Source of the DNA: Squalus acanthias
Taxonomy: Eukaryota
Direction: 5' to 3'
Assembly: GCA_030390025.1 (NCBI GenBank)
Contig: CM059431.1
Location: 151,282,001 to 151,346,000, forward strand
DNA: 64,000 bases
The position numbers were made by a program, and so were the translations under genes. Every line of letters begins with the position of its first letter. The first letter of the stretch is position 1. This document shows positions 11,831 through 24,972 of this stretch, piece after piece. The notes below the pieces were generated by a model. It made no database searches and had not been told where the DNA came from. It saw nothing but the letters and a program-made list of their open reading frames with translations.

Positions 11831-12004
11831 TTTTCTGTTTGTAAAGTCCAGTTGAGGCCGAACCAGTGTTTTATAAAAGTACAGCATAATTTCCAGGCTT
11901 TGTACTTAATTCCTCTATTAATAAAGCTAAGGATCCCACATGCTTTTTTAACAGCCTTCGAAATTTGTCCTGCCACCGGCAAAGATTTGTGTATATAAAC
12001 TCCA

Positions 12005-12630
12005 TGTCGGCCTTTATCTCAAGGTGGCTGAAATATAAAGGGGTGTATGTTATCTTACCATATTACAAAGATCTAGTTAGACCCCATTTAGATTACTGGA
12101 TTCAGTTCTGGGTAACGCACATCACGAAGGATAAATTGGCCTTGGACAGTGTGCAGCGCGCAGTTACCAGAATTATACCGGCGTTAAAAGGTTTACATTA
12201 TGAAGACAGCCTGTGTAGATTCGGCTGGTATTCATTTGACTATATAAAGTGAAAGCGTGATCTAATTAACCTGCTTAAGATGATGAAATGAGTTGATATT
12301 GTAGACAGAGAGAAACGATTTGCTCTCGTGGGTAATGCAGAACAAGGTCTTAACGTTGAAATTAGAGCTAAGCCGTTCAGGACTGATGTCAATAACCATT
12401 ACGTCATAGACTGGGAAGTTGAAATCTGGAACACTCCGCCGCAAGAACCTGATGAGGCTGCGGCTCAATTGAACATTTCAAAACTGAGGTTGGCAGATTT
12501 TTCTCAAGCAAGGGTACAAAGGGTTGGCGAGCCACGGCGGGTACATGGAGTTAAGATGCAGGTCCATCAGGATAAGACTGAATGGCAGAACAGGCTTGAG
12601 GGGCTGAATTGCCTACTCCTGTTGCTATAA
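12005..12630 (+). mobile_element. Old CR1 3' fragment (copies near 25145-25760 and 59475-60090)
   Basis: LVRPHLDYWIQFW remnant and CR1-type 3' UTR GGCTTGAGGGGCTGAAT. Confidence 0.8.
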
Positions 12631-12932
12631 TCCAAGAAAAAGATTAGGTGCTGAGATTAAGGAGCAGGGAGTCGGATCTTGGAGAAGGGATGAGATTTAG
12701 GAGTAGCGGTCAGATTGAAGGCAAGATTTCAGATTCAGGAGATATGGTCATTTAAGTTCGGAGAAGATTCGGGCTGTTAATGTGTTTGAGATAGAATGTG
12801 TTGAGAAGAGGTGGCGAGCTGAAGCACTGGTGTGACGGTGCGTTTACTCAGAAGGTGACTGTTGGCAGAAAGCGAAGGAAATGAAATTCTCTGACACAGC
12901 CAATCAGTGTCGCTGTTTCGGTATTGTTCAGA

Positions 12933-13005
12933 GCCCTGATTGGTCAGACGGTAAAATAGCAGTCATTTAAACTGAAGTTCCAGGGTTTAAGTTCCTGTTC
13001 GGGCT
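12933..13005 (+). pseudogene. tRNA-Lys(UUU) pseudogene
   Basis: Colinear with vertebrate tRNA-Lys GCCCGGATAGCTCAGTCGGTAGAGCATCAGACTTTTAATCTGAGGGTCCAGGGTTCAAGTCCCTGTTCGGGCG. B box and arms are mutated. Confidence 0.85.
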
Positions 13006-13162
13006 ATGCTTTAATCAATGAAAACACCATTTGATTTACTATTTAAAGCACCGACTTTGATTATAACCTAACACTAAAGTCGGTTTATATTGCAAAAAAG
13101 AATTGCTCGTGTTTTATGGCGCTATAAGGAAGTAAAATTTGACAATCTTAAACTAAAGGAAC

Positions 13163-13233
13163 AGCCACAGCACGCACTTGAAACCAACACCATCATATTT
13201 AAAATCTGGTGCTGCACGGACTGATACCCAGGC
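13163..13233 (-). pseudogene. Highly diverged tRNA-Lys pseudogene, convergent orientation
   Basis: Reverse complement reads GCCTGGGTATCAGTCCGTGCAGCACCAGATTT..GGTTTCAAGTGCGTGCTGTGGCT. Paralog of 26354-26426. Confidence 0.7.
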
Positions 13234-13883
13234 TCACGCTTTCAATTTCACACAGCGACCTTCACTGGCTGACATGGAACATTACATCTTTCACCTTCCG
13301 CATTTCTCACTGCATTAATCCCGCGTGAACAACGCATTTCTCTCATACACCCTCATTCAATGGCTGTCAAAAGCCTCACTTCACAAATACTGTCCCACTC
13401 AACCACGTCTCGCTCTTTATAAGCGCTAATATCTAGTTCACAGCGCACAGTAACGACTCCAATTTCCATTAAGAAACAATACAATCTGGTTCTGTAAGGG
13501 AGAGAAATGTTAAGAAGAAGCACAATCTTTAAAAGGCTCAAATGTTAAAAGCTGCACAAGGCCAAAAAAACGATGCTAAGTTTATTGATGATTATTCATA
13601 ATCAAATAGAAAAACAAATGGAAATTGGGAAGTGAAGATGTGGGGAAGAGGCTAATTGAATCATAGAATGATACAGTACAAAATGAGGCCACTCAGCCCA
13701 TCGTGCTTCTGGCGATTCACTGGTAGAGCAATCCAATTAATCCACTCCACAGTTGTTTTCCATAGCCCGGTAATTTATTTATCTTCAAGTATTTATCCAA
13801 TACTCTTTTCAATGTTACTATTGAATCTGCTTTCCCCACACTCTCAGGCCGTGCATTCCAGAGCACAATAACTCGCTGTGTAA

Positions 13884-16069
13884 ACATAGAAGATAGGAGC
13901 AGGAGTAGGCCATTCGGCCCCTCGAGCCTGTTCCGCCATTTAAAGAGATCATGGCTGATCATCCAAATTCAGTACCCTGTCCCTCCTTTCTCCTCATATC
14001 CCTTGATCCCTTTAGCCTTAAAAATATATCTAACTCCTTCTTGAATATAATTAATGAATTGGCCTCGAATGCCTTATGTAGTAGAGAATTCCACAGGTTT
14101 ACCACTCTCTGGGTGAAGACATTCCTCCTCATCTCACTCCTAAATGGCTTACCAATTATCCTTAGACTGTGACCCCTGATTCTGGGCTCCCCCGCCATAC
14201 TCCCTGCATCTAGTCTGTCTAGTCCGGTTCGAATGTTATAAGTTTCAATGAGATCCACTCTCATTCTTCTAAACTCGAGCGAATATAAGCCTAATCGATC
14301 CAATCGCTTCTCATAAGTCATTCCTGCCAACCCAGGCATCAGTCTGGTGAATTTTCGCTGCACTCTCGCCAAGTTAAGAACATCTTTCCTCAGATAAGGC
14401 AACCAAAACAACACACAATACTCAAGGTGTCGTCTCACCAAGGCCCTGTACAACTGCAGCAAGACATCCCTGCTCCTGTACTCGAATCCTCTCGCTATGA
14501 AAGTCAACATACCATTTGCCTTCTTAACCGCCTGCTGCACCTGCATGCCTACCTTCAGCGACTGGTGCACAAGTACACCCAGTTATCGTTGCACTTCCCC
14601 TTTTCCCAATCTATAGCCGTGCAGATAATAATCTGTCTTCCTGTTCTTGCCACCAAAGTGGATAACCTCGCATGTATCCACATTATACTGCATTTGCCAT
14701 GCATCTGCCCAATCACCCAACCTGTCCAAATCATACTGGAGTTTCTCTGCCTCCTCCAAACAGCACACACGCCCACCCAGCTTTGTGTCGCCTGCAAACT
14801 TGGAGATATTATATATAGTTCCCTTGTCTAGATCATTAATATATATTGTGAATAGCTGGGGTCCAAGGACCGATCCCTGTGGAACCCCACTAGTCACTGC
14901 CTGCCACTCGGAAAAAGACCGATTATTTCAACTCTTTGCTTCCTGTCTGCAAACCAGTTCTCTAGCCAAGACAGTACCTTACCTCCAATCCCATGTGCTT
15001 TAAGTTTGCGCGCAATCTCTTATGCGGGACCTTATCAAAAGTCTTCTGAAAGTCCAAATTCACCACATCCACTGTTTCTCCCTTATCTGTTCTAGAAGTC
15101 ACATCCTCAAAAAATTCCAGTCGATGAGTCAAGCACGACTTACCTTTTGTAAATCCATGTTGACTTTGTCCGATCCTGTCACTGTTTTCCAAGTGCTCTG
15201 CTATTACATGATTTTGAATGGACTCCAGCATTTTCCCCATTACCGATGTCAGGCTTATATTTCCCCGTTTTCTTTCTACCACAGTTATTAAATAGTGGGG
15301 TTACATTATCTATCCTCCAATCCATGGGTACTGTTCAAGAGTCTATAGAATTTGGAAGATGGCCAGCAAAGCATCTACTATTTCTAGGGCCACTTCTTTA
15401 AGTACCCGAGGATGTAGATTATCAGGCCCTGGGGATTTATCGGCCTTCAATCCCTTCAATTTCCCTAAAACCATTTCCCTACAAATACTGATTTCATTCA
15501 GTTCCTCCCTCTCATTAGACTCTCTGTTCCCCGACAACATCTGGGAGTTTATTTGTGTCCTGCTTTGTGCAGACAGAACAAAGTATGTATTTAATTGATC
15601 TGCAATGTATTTGTTCCCCATTATAAATTCCCCTAATTCTGACTGAAAGGGACCTACGCTTGATTTCACCAACCTTTTTTCTCTTCACATATCTATAGAA
15701 GCTTTTACAGCCTGTTTTTATGTTCCCTGCAAGCTAACTCACATAATCTATCCTCCCCCTCTTAATTAATCCCTTTGTCATCCTTTGCTGAATCCTAAAC
15801 TGCTCCCAATCCTCAGTTTTGCTGCTTTTTCTGGCCAAATTACCTGTCCTCCCCTTGAATCTTATGCTATCGCTAATTTCCCTTGTTAGCCACGGTTGAG
15901 TCACCTTTTCTGTTTTATTTTTATGCCAAACAGAATGAACAAATTCTGTATTCCTTCCGTGCGATCTTTAAATGTTTGCCATTGCCTCTCCACCGTCAAC
16001 CCTTTTAGTAACGCTCCCCAATCCATCCTAGCCAACTCATGCCTCATACTATCGTATTTTCCTTTATTT
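13884..16069 (-). mobile_element. 5'-truncated CR1 family A, inserted into an older CR1 3' fragment (13655-16500)
   Basis: Reverse complement of ~6008-8224. The empty site CGCTGTGTAAAAAAATGTTTCC is at 27563-27584. Confidence 0.92.
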
Positions 16070-16502
16070 AAAAAATGTTTCCTCATGTCACCTCTGGTTC
16101 ATTTACAAGTATCTTCAATCTGCGTCCTCTGGCTACCGACCATCTGCAACAGGAAACCGTCACTCTTTGTTTACTCTATCAAAACCGTTCGTGATTTTGA
16201 ACACCAATAGCGAATCTCCTCTTGAACTTCTCAGTTATAAGGAGACCAAACACAGCTTTTCCAGTCTAGTCGCATAAGTGAACACCCTCATCCAGGGTAG
16301 CATTCTGGTACATCTCTTCTGCACCATCTTCAAAGCCTTGATAATCTTCCTAAAGTGTGATGCCCAGAACAGTAAGTCAGCTGAGCCCTATCCAATGATT
16401 TATAAAGGTTTAGCATAGCTTCCTTGCTAGGTACTTTATTCCACTCTTAATAATGGCAATAATCCCATATGATTGTAATTACTTTATCAATTTGTTCTGC
16501 AA

Positions 16503-18115
16503 TAGAGTCATAGAGTAGTCAATTAATAACGGCACAGAACGAGGCCATTCGGTCCATCGAGCCCGTGACGGCTATCTGCAGAGCAATCCAGTCAGTCCTA
16601 TTTCCCCCTCTATCTCCGTAGCCCTGCAAGTTTATTTCCGTCACGAGCCTCTCCAGTCTCCCGTTAAAAACCATGAGTGTGTCTGCTTCAAACACTTCCG
16701 CCGGCCGTTATTTCCAGGTCGTCACCAATCGCTGCTTACACACATTGTCCTCACAACCCCCTATTAACCTTGCCCAAAATCGTGAATCTGTATCCTCTAG
16801 TCTTCACACCAAAAACTACTGGGAAAAGCCTTTCCCAGTCTAGCCTATCCAAACCCGTCACAATCTTCTTCACCACTATCAAATAACTCCTCAACCTCCT
16901 ATGCTCCAATAAAAACAAATGCAACTTCTTCAACCAGTCCTTCTAGCTAATATCCCCCATTCCCTGATCATTTCTGGTAAACCTGCTCTGCACCCTCTCA
17001 AGCGCCTTCACAGCCTTCCTAAAGTGTGGTGACCAGAACTAGGTGCAATATTCCAGTTGTGGCCTAATCAGCGCTTGATAATGGTTCAGCATAACCTCTC
17101 TACTTTTGTACTCAATACCTCTACTTATGAACCCCAAGGTCCCATATGCTTTGCTAAACAATCTCTCAATATGTCCTGCCACATTCAGAGGCCTATGCAC
17201 ATTAACTCCCAGCTCCCTCTGTCCCTGCACACTCTTTAGAACTGTGCCTATAAGTGTATATTGCCTCTCCCTGTTCCTTTTGCCGAAATGCATCACCTCA
17301 CACGTCTCTGTATTAAATTCCATGTGCCATTTGTCTGTCCATTCTGCTACACTTGCTATGTCCTATTGCACTCGATTGGTATCATCTTCGATGTTTGCCA
17401 CACCCCCAAGTTTGATGTCATCCGCGAACCTAGAATAGAATTCTACTCTGTATTCCAATATCCAGGTCATGTATATATATATATATATAGATCAAAAAAT
17501 GCAGTGGCCCATGCACTGACTCTCGGGGAACACGATAGTCTACCATCCTCCAGTCTGGAAAGCAGCCATTTACCACAACTCGCTGTTTTCTGTCCTTAAG
17601 CCCTATTCCTTATCCAAGCTGCCAATGACCCACCTATTCAACAGCCTCAATTTTGCGAACCAGTCTTCTATGTGCTACTTTGTCAAACGCCTTCCGAAAA
17701 TCCATGCACAGAACATCAATTGCATTCCCTGCATCAATCCTCTCTGTTACTTCATTAAAAAATTCAATTTGATTAGTCAAACATGATCTGCCTTTTACAA
17801 ATTCGTGTTGGCTCTCCTTAATTTGATTAAAACTTTCCAAGTGCCCGTTAATTGTTTTCTTGGTTATTGTTTCTAAAACTGTACCCACCACTAATGTTAA
17901 ACTGACCGGTCTGTTGTTACTTGGATTTTCCTTAGACACTTTAGTGAACAATGGTGTCACATTTGTCATTTACCAATCCGCAGGCACCAACCCCCACCGC
18001 ATGTAGGGAGGATTGGAAAATGATGGAAAACCCTTCCGCTATCTCCTCCCCCAATTCCCTTAGCAATCTGGGATGCAACCGTATCTGGACCAGGGGACTT
18101 AACCACTCAAAGCAA
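16503..18115 (-). mobile_element. 5'-truncated CR1 (family D)
   Basis: Minus-strand ORF fragments contain QHEFVKGRSCLTN, MDFRKAFDKV and LIRPQLEYC. Confidence 0.88.
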
Positions 18116-18129
18116 ACCCAGTTTTTCTA

Positions 18130-19766
18130 TTACAGCAACCATCTTCAGCCACAAGTGCTGATTGGATGGTCCATATCGGCTTACTCCTGAGGTCCGCACC
18201 ATCAGAGCAGCCAGTCTTCAGGCAATTCGAATCACTCCACGTGATATCAAGCAACGGCTGAGCGCACTGGATACAGCAAAGATTATGGGTCCCGGCAACA
18301 TCCTGGCTATTTTGCTGAAGACTTGTTCTCCAGAACTAGCTGCGTCTCTAGCCAAGCAGTTCCAGTACAGCTACAACACTGACATCTATCCGACAACATG
18401 GAAAACTGCCTAGGTATGTCCTATCCATAAAAAACACGACAATTCGACTCCAGCCAATAGCTGCCCCATCAGTCTACTCTTCATCATCAACAAAGTGAAG
18501 GAAGGTGTCATCGACTGTGCTATCAAGCAGCACTTACTCACCAATAACCTGCTCACTGATGCACAGTTTGGGTTCCGCCAAGACCACTCTGCTCCCGAGC
18601 TCATAACAGCCTTGGTCCAAATATGGACAAAGGAGCTGAATTACAGTGGTGAGTTGAGAGTGACTGCCCTTGACATCAATGTAACATTTGACCGAGTGAG
18701 GCATCAAGGAGCCCTAGTAAAACTGAAGTCAACGGGATTCGGGGGGAAAATGCTCCACTGGCTGGAGTCATACCTAGCACAAAGGAAGATGTTTGTGCTG
18801 ATTGAAGGTCAATCATCACAGCTCCTCAGGTCAGTGTACAAGGCCCAACCATCAATGACCTTCCCTCTAACATAAGGTAAAAAATGGAGATGTTCGCTGA
18901 TGACTGCACAGTGTTAAGCGACATTCACAACTCCTCAGATCATAAATCAGTCCATGCCCGCATGCAGCAAGACCTGGACGACGTTTAGGCTTGGGCTGAT
19001 AAGTGGCAGGTAACATTCGCGCCACAGAAGTGCCAGGCAATGGATATCTCCAAAACGCGAGAGTCTAACCACCTCCCCTTGACATTAAACGGCACAATCA
19101 TCGCCGAATCCCCAACCATCAACATCATGGGGTTAAGCATTGCCCAGAAACTTAACTGGACCAGCCACGTAAACTCTGTGGCAACAAGAGCAGGTCAGAG
19201 GCTAGGAAGTCTGCGGCGAGTGTCTCACCTCCTGGCTCCCAAAAGCCTTTCCAGTATTTGCAAGGCACAAGTGAGGAGTGTGTTGGAATACTCTCTACTT
19301 GCCTGGATGAGTGCAGCTCCAACAACACTCAAAAAGCTCTACACCATCCATGACAAAGCATTCTGCCTGATTAGCACCCCATCCACCAATTCAAATATTC
19401 AATCCCACCACCACTGGTGCACCGTGACTGCAGTGTGTACCATCTACAAGATGCACTGCAGCACCTTGCCTCGGCTTCTACGGCAGCACCTCCCAAACCC
19501 CAGACCACTTCCACCTGGATGAACAAGGGCAGCAGGCGTCACCTCCAAGTTCTACTCCAAGTCCCACACCATCCTGACTTAGAAGTATATCGCCGATTCT
19601 TCATCGTCGCTGGTCAAATTCCTCGAACTCCCTTCCTAACAACACATTGGCAGTACCTTCACCACACGGACTGCAGCGGTTCAAGAAGGCGGCTCACCAC
19701 CCGCTTCTCAAGTGTAATTAGAGATCGGCAATAAATGCGGGGCTTGCCAGCGCCGCCCACAGCCCA
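18130..19766 (+). mobile_element. 5'-truncated family L LINE
   Basis: Homologous to 1-1666 with the same 3' end (GGCAATAAATGCGGGGCTTGCCAGCG). Confidence 0.9.
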
Positions 19767-21190
19767 TAAAACAGGCAGATCATGTTTGACTAATCAAATT
19801 GAAAATTTGATGAAGTAACAGTGAGGATTGTTGAAGGGAATGCAATGGATGTTGTCTGTATGGATTTTCGGAAGGCTTTTGACAAAGTACCACATAGAAG
19901 GCTGGTTAGCAAAATTGAGGCTTATGGAATAGGTGGGTCAGTAGCAGCTTGGATAAGGAATTGGCTTAAGGACAGAAACAGCGAGTTGTGGTAAATGGCT
20001 GCTTTTCAGACTGGAGAATTGTAGACAGTGGTGTTCCCGGAGGGTCAGTTCTTGGGCCACTGCTTTTTTTTTATATATATAAATGACCTGGATATTGGAA
20101 TACAAAGTAGAATGTCTAAGTTGCCGATGACATCAAACTTCGGGGTGTGGCAAACAGTGAGGAAGATACCAATCGACTGCAACAGAACATAGAAAATGTA
20201 GCAGAATGGACAGACTTGTGGCACATGGAATTTAATACAGAGAAGTATGAGGTGATGCATTTCGACAGAAGGAAAAGCGAGAGGCAATATACAGTAAATG
20301 GCACAGTTTTAATGAGTGTTCAGGGACAGAGGGACCTTGGAGTTAATGTGCATAGGTCTCTGAAGGTGGCAGGACATATTGAGAGAGTGGTTAGCAAAGC
20401 ATATGGGATCTTGGGTTTCATAAATAGAGGTATTGAGTACAAAAGTAGAGAAGTTATGCTGAATCATTTTCAGGCGCTGATTAGGCCACAACTGGATTAT
20501 TGCACCCACTTCTGGTCACCACACTTTAGAAAGGATGTGAAGGCCCTTGAGAGGGTGCAGAGGAGATTTACCAGAATGGATCATGGGATTGGGGATCTTA
20601 GCTACAAGGAGAGGTTTGAGAAGTTGGATTTGTTTTTAATTAGAGCAATGGAGTTTGAGGGGTTATTTGACAGAGGTGTACAAGGTTATGACGGGTTAGG
20701 ATCGGCTAGACGGAGAAAGGGTTTTCCTAGTAGTTGTTGGTATAAAGACTAGAGGACCCAGATTTCAGAATTGGAGCAAAAGTTACAGGGGGATGTGAGG
20801 AAATTTGGTTTAAACAGCAAGTGGTGATGATCTGGAATTCGTGGCGACGGAAGTGGGGGAAGCGGACACACTCAATGTTTTGAACGAGAGACTGGATAGG
20901 CACTTTAGGGAAATAAACTTGCAGTGCTAAGGAGATAGAGCGTGGGAATGGGACTGACTGGATTGCTCTGCAGTGAGCTGGTACGGACTCGATGGGCCGA
21001 ATAGCTAAAGGGATCAAGGGCTATGGGGAGAAAGCAGGGACAGGGTCCTGAATTTGGATGATCAGCCATGATCTCATTATTTGGCGGAGCAGGCTCGAGG
21101 GGCCGCATGGCTTAACCCTGCTCCTATCTTCTATGCTTTGATGCTTCTTTGCATCGTTCTGAGCCGTTGTGAATCGATGACTCTGTGACA
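19767..21190 (+). mobile_element. CR1 family D, inverted duplicate of 16503-17795, with a small CR1-A 3' piece at ~21005-21140
   Basis: RT C-terminal ORF at 20147-20752. Shares its junction with the flanking older CR1 with the copy at 16500. Confidence 0.88.
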
Positions 21191-21627
21191 CTATTGCAGG
21201 ATAATTTGAGAAAGTAGTTAAAATCATATGGGAACCTTGGCTTTATTAAGAGAGGAATAAAGTACATAGCAAGGAAGCTATGCTAAACCTTTATAAATCA
21301 TTCGATAGGCCTCAGCTGAATTACTGTCCTGGGCATCACACTTTAGGAAGATTATCAAGGCTTTGGAGAGGGTGCAGAAGAGATTTACCAGAATGCTACC
21401 CTGGAGGAGGGTATTCACTTATGCGACTAGACTGGAAAAGCTGTGTTTGGTCTCCTTAGAGCAGAGAAGTTGAATAGGAGATTCGCTAGAGGTGTTCAAA
21501 ATCACCAATGGCTTTGAAAGAGTTAACAAAGAATGACGGTTTCCTGTGGCAGGGGTTCAGTAACGAGAGGACGCAGATTGAAGGTGATTTGCAAATGAAC
21601 CACATGTGACATGTTTAAACATTTTTT

Positions 21628-23171
21628 TAAATAAAGGAACTACGATATTATGAGGCACGACTTGGCTAGGTTGGATTGGGGAATGTTACTTAAAGGGTTG
21701 ACGGTGGATAGACAATGGCAACCATTTAAAGATCGCATGGATGAACTGCAGAATTTGTTCATCCCTGTTTGGCATAAAAATAAAACATAAAAGGTGACTC
21801 AATCGTGGCTAACAAGGGACATTAGGGATAGCATAAGATTCAAGGAGAGGACATATAATTCGGCCAGAAAAAGCAGCAAAACTGAGGATTGGGAGCAGTT
21901 TCGGATTCAGCAAAGGGGTACAAACGGATTAATTAAGAGGGGGGAAATAGATTATGAGAGAAAGCTTGCAGTGAACATAAAAACTGACTGTAAAAGCTTC
22001 TGTAGATATGTGAAGAGAAAAAAGATTGGTGATGTCAAGCGTAGGTCCCTTGAAGTCAGATTCAGCGGAATATATAACGGGGAACAAAGAAATGCCAGGC
22101 CACTTAAACACATACTATGGTTCTGTCTGCACAAAGGAGGACACAAATAACGTCCTAGAGATGTCGGGGAACATCGGGTCTAATGAGAGGGAGGAATTTA
22201 AGGAAATCAGTATATGTAGGGAAATGGTGTTAGGGAAATTGACGGGATTGAAGGCCGACAAATCCCGAAGGCCTGATAATCTACATCCTAGGGTACTTAA
22301 GGAAGTAGCCCCAGAAATATTAAATGCATCGCTGGCCATCTTCTAAATTTCTATGGACTCTGGAACTGTTCCCATGGATTGGAGGATAGCAAATGTAACC
22401 CCACTATTTAGGAAATGTGGTAGAGAGAAAACGGGGAGTTATAGACCTGTAAGCCTGACATCGGTAGTGGGGAAAATGCTAGAGTCCATTACAAAAGATG
22501 TAATAGCAGAGCACTTGGAAAACAGTGACAGGTTCATACAAAGTCAACATAGATTTACAAAAAGTAAATCATGCTTGACTAATCTACTGGAATTTTTTGA
22601 GGATGTGACTGGTAGAATAGATAAGGGAGAACCAGTGGATGGGGTGTATTTGGACTTTCAGAAGACTTTCGATAAGGTCCCGCATAAGAGATTAGCGTGC
22701 AAAGTTAAAGCACATGGGATTGGGGGTAAGTTACTGTCTTGGATAGAGAACTGTTTGGCAGACAGGAACCAAAGTGTTGAAATAAACGATTCTGTTTCCG
22801 AGTGGCAGGCAGTGACTAGTGAGGTATTGCAGGGATCGGCGCTAGTAACACAGCTGTTCACTATATATATAAATGATCTAGACGAGGGAACTAGATGCAA
22901 GATTTCCAAGTTTGCAGACGACACAATGCTGGGAGGGCTTGTGTGCTGTGAGGAGGATGCAGAGAAACTCCAGTATGATTTGAACAGGTTGGGTGATTGG
23001 GCAGATGCATGGCAAATGCAGTATAGTGTGGATAAATGCGAGGTTATCAACTTCGGTGGCAGAAACAGGAAGACAGATTATTATCTGAACGGCAATATAT
23101 TGGGAAAAGGGGAAGTGCAACGAGACCTTGTGCACCATTCGTTGAAGTTAAGCATGCAGGTGCAGCAGGCG
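21628..23171 (+). mobile_element. CR1 family A segment, inverted duplicate of ~14530-16069
   Basis: Same 5' truncation junction (ACATTTTTTAAATAAAGGAA) as 16069 but on the opposite strand. RT ORF at 22353-23234. Confidence 0.9.
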
Positions 23172-24777
23172 CTATCTAAATGTAAATTCATTGTTTTTCC
23201 AATTAGTGCCATGGGATCTTCCACATGCACCTGAGAGGGTATACCTTAACGGAAGGAAAAATCGGCAGAGATGTGTACCGAGGCAGCCGTTTCGCTATCG
23301 CCCGATTCACAATATGGCACGCAGTCAATATTACCGGATTATCACTGCATTTAGTCTCAAAACAGTCCCCGAGCTGAGAACTGCACCGGTGTGAATGCTG
23401 GGCTCACTGACTACACTCGCACGGCAATAGTGTCTTGGTGACACGCTGGAGAGTTCCTGGCACCCGCGCTCTGTTAACTAAGATAACACACATTGAGGGG
23501 GAAGGACAGAACAAAACAGGACTTTTTCAATTTATTCGCAGAATGCTTAATTTATTGGAAGGCAAAGTCAATCACCTTACAGTATATCAGGACACAGAAC
23601 GTCAGGAAAATATTGCCCAGTTACTTTTAATCAACATGTTCCAAAGGAGTCGCTTCTGGTTATGTTCTGAAAGCATTACAGCACCAGAGGTTTGCAGATG
23701 ATAAGAAAAATTGGCCGTGTGGTTGATAATGAAGAATAAAGCTGCCGAATACAGGAAGATGTCAATGGACCGGTCAGGTGTGCAGAACAGTGACAAATGG
23801 AATTCAGTCTGGAGAAGTGTGAGGTAATGCATTTGGGGAGGGCTAGCAAGGCAAGGGAACATCCTATAAATGGTAGGACACTGAGAAGTGCTGAAGATCA
23901 AAGGGACCTTGGAGGGCATGTCCACAGAATCCTGATGCGATACTTGACTTTATTAACCGAGGCATAGAATATATGAGCCGGGAAATTATGCTTGAACTGT
24001 CTAAGGCACTAGTTAGGCCTCAGCTAGAATATTGCGTGCAGTTCTGGTCACCAAAGTACAGGAAGGATGTGATTGCACTAGAGAGTGTGCAGAGGAGATT
24101 TACGAAGATGTTGCCTGAGCATAAACACCAGCACAGAGAATTAGGGCCGAATGGCCTCTGTCTGAGCTGTAGATTCGCTGTAACGGGATCATATGAAATA
24201 AAGTTGGCAGCATTTGCCACTATATAAAAGCCACGAAAGGTCAACTAAACTAACTGAGTGGTTGTGCAACGCTTTTGAAAGTGATATGGCCGGGTAACAG
24301 CAAGTTTTATTTCAAAAATTGCCTTATCCAAAACTCTGAAAGCTGCAAGCGAGGAGTTTGGAGAAAAACATTTGAGAGTGGGAAAAGAACTTTATAAAAC
24401 ATGACAGGAAGCAGTCAGAAGGAAGAGTAAGACTGACTGACACCGCCCCACACATAGTAACACTTGTTCGAAACAATCAATCGATCTTCAATAGCTGCAC
24501 TCAGATTGTAGCCACCAATAGAAGCAATCATTGACATTTCCCCTGAGATGTGATCTGATTGGGTGGCGTTTCAGGAAACTGACAATCTGTTGTCACATGT
24601 TGAAAATGATTCATATTTATATTCACATTTATATCTCTCCTAAACCTCCCCGGTGACAGTCCGATTAGACAATTATTTACATTAGTCAGTCTCACTTGAA
24701 CAAACAGATTTTGACACTATCTGGTGTTGTTTTGATGTTATTAAATCGGTTAAACTCTTCATGTGCACAACCTGAAG

Positions 24778-24972
24778 GTTGATAAAGGAGAGACTGAGTA
24801 AAGTGAGTGATACAGGGTGTCACCAGCAGAGGGAGATAGATAAAGGTGTGACTGTGTACAATATGTGATGCAGAGAGACACCAGCAGAGGGGGAGCAATA
24901 CAGGATAGACTGAGTACTGTGATACAGAGAGGCACCAGCAGAGTGAGATAGATAAAAGTAAGACTGAGTACA
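24778..24972. repeat. 58/54-bp minisatellite
   Basis: Same unit as 11385-11830. Confidence 0.85.
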
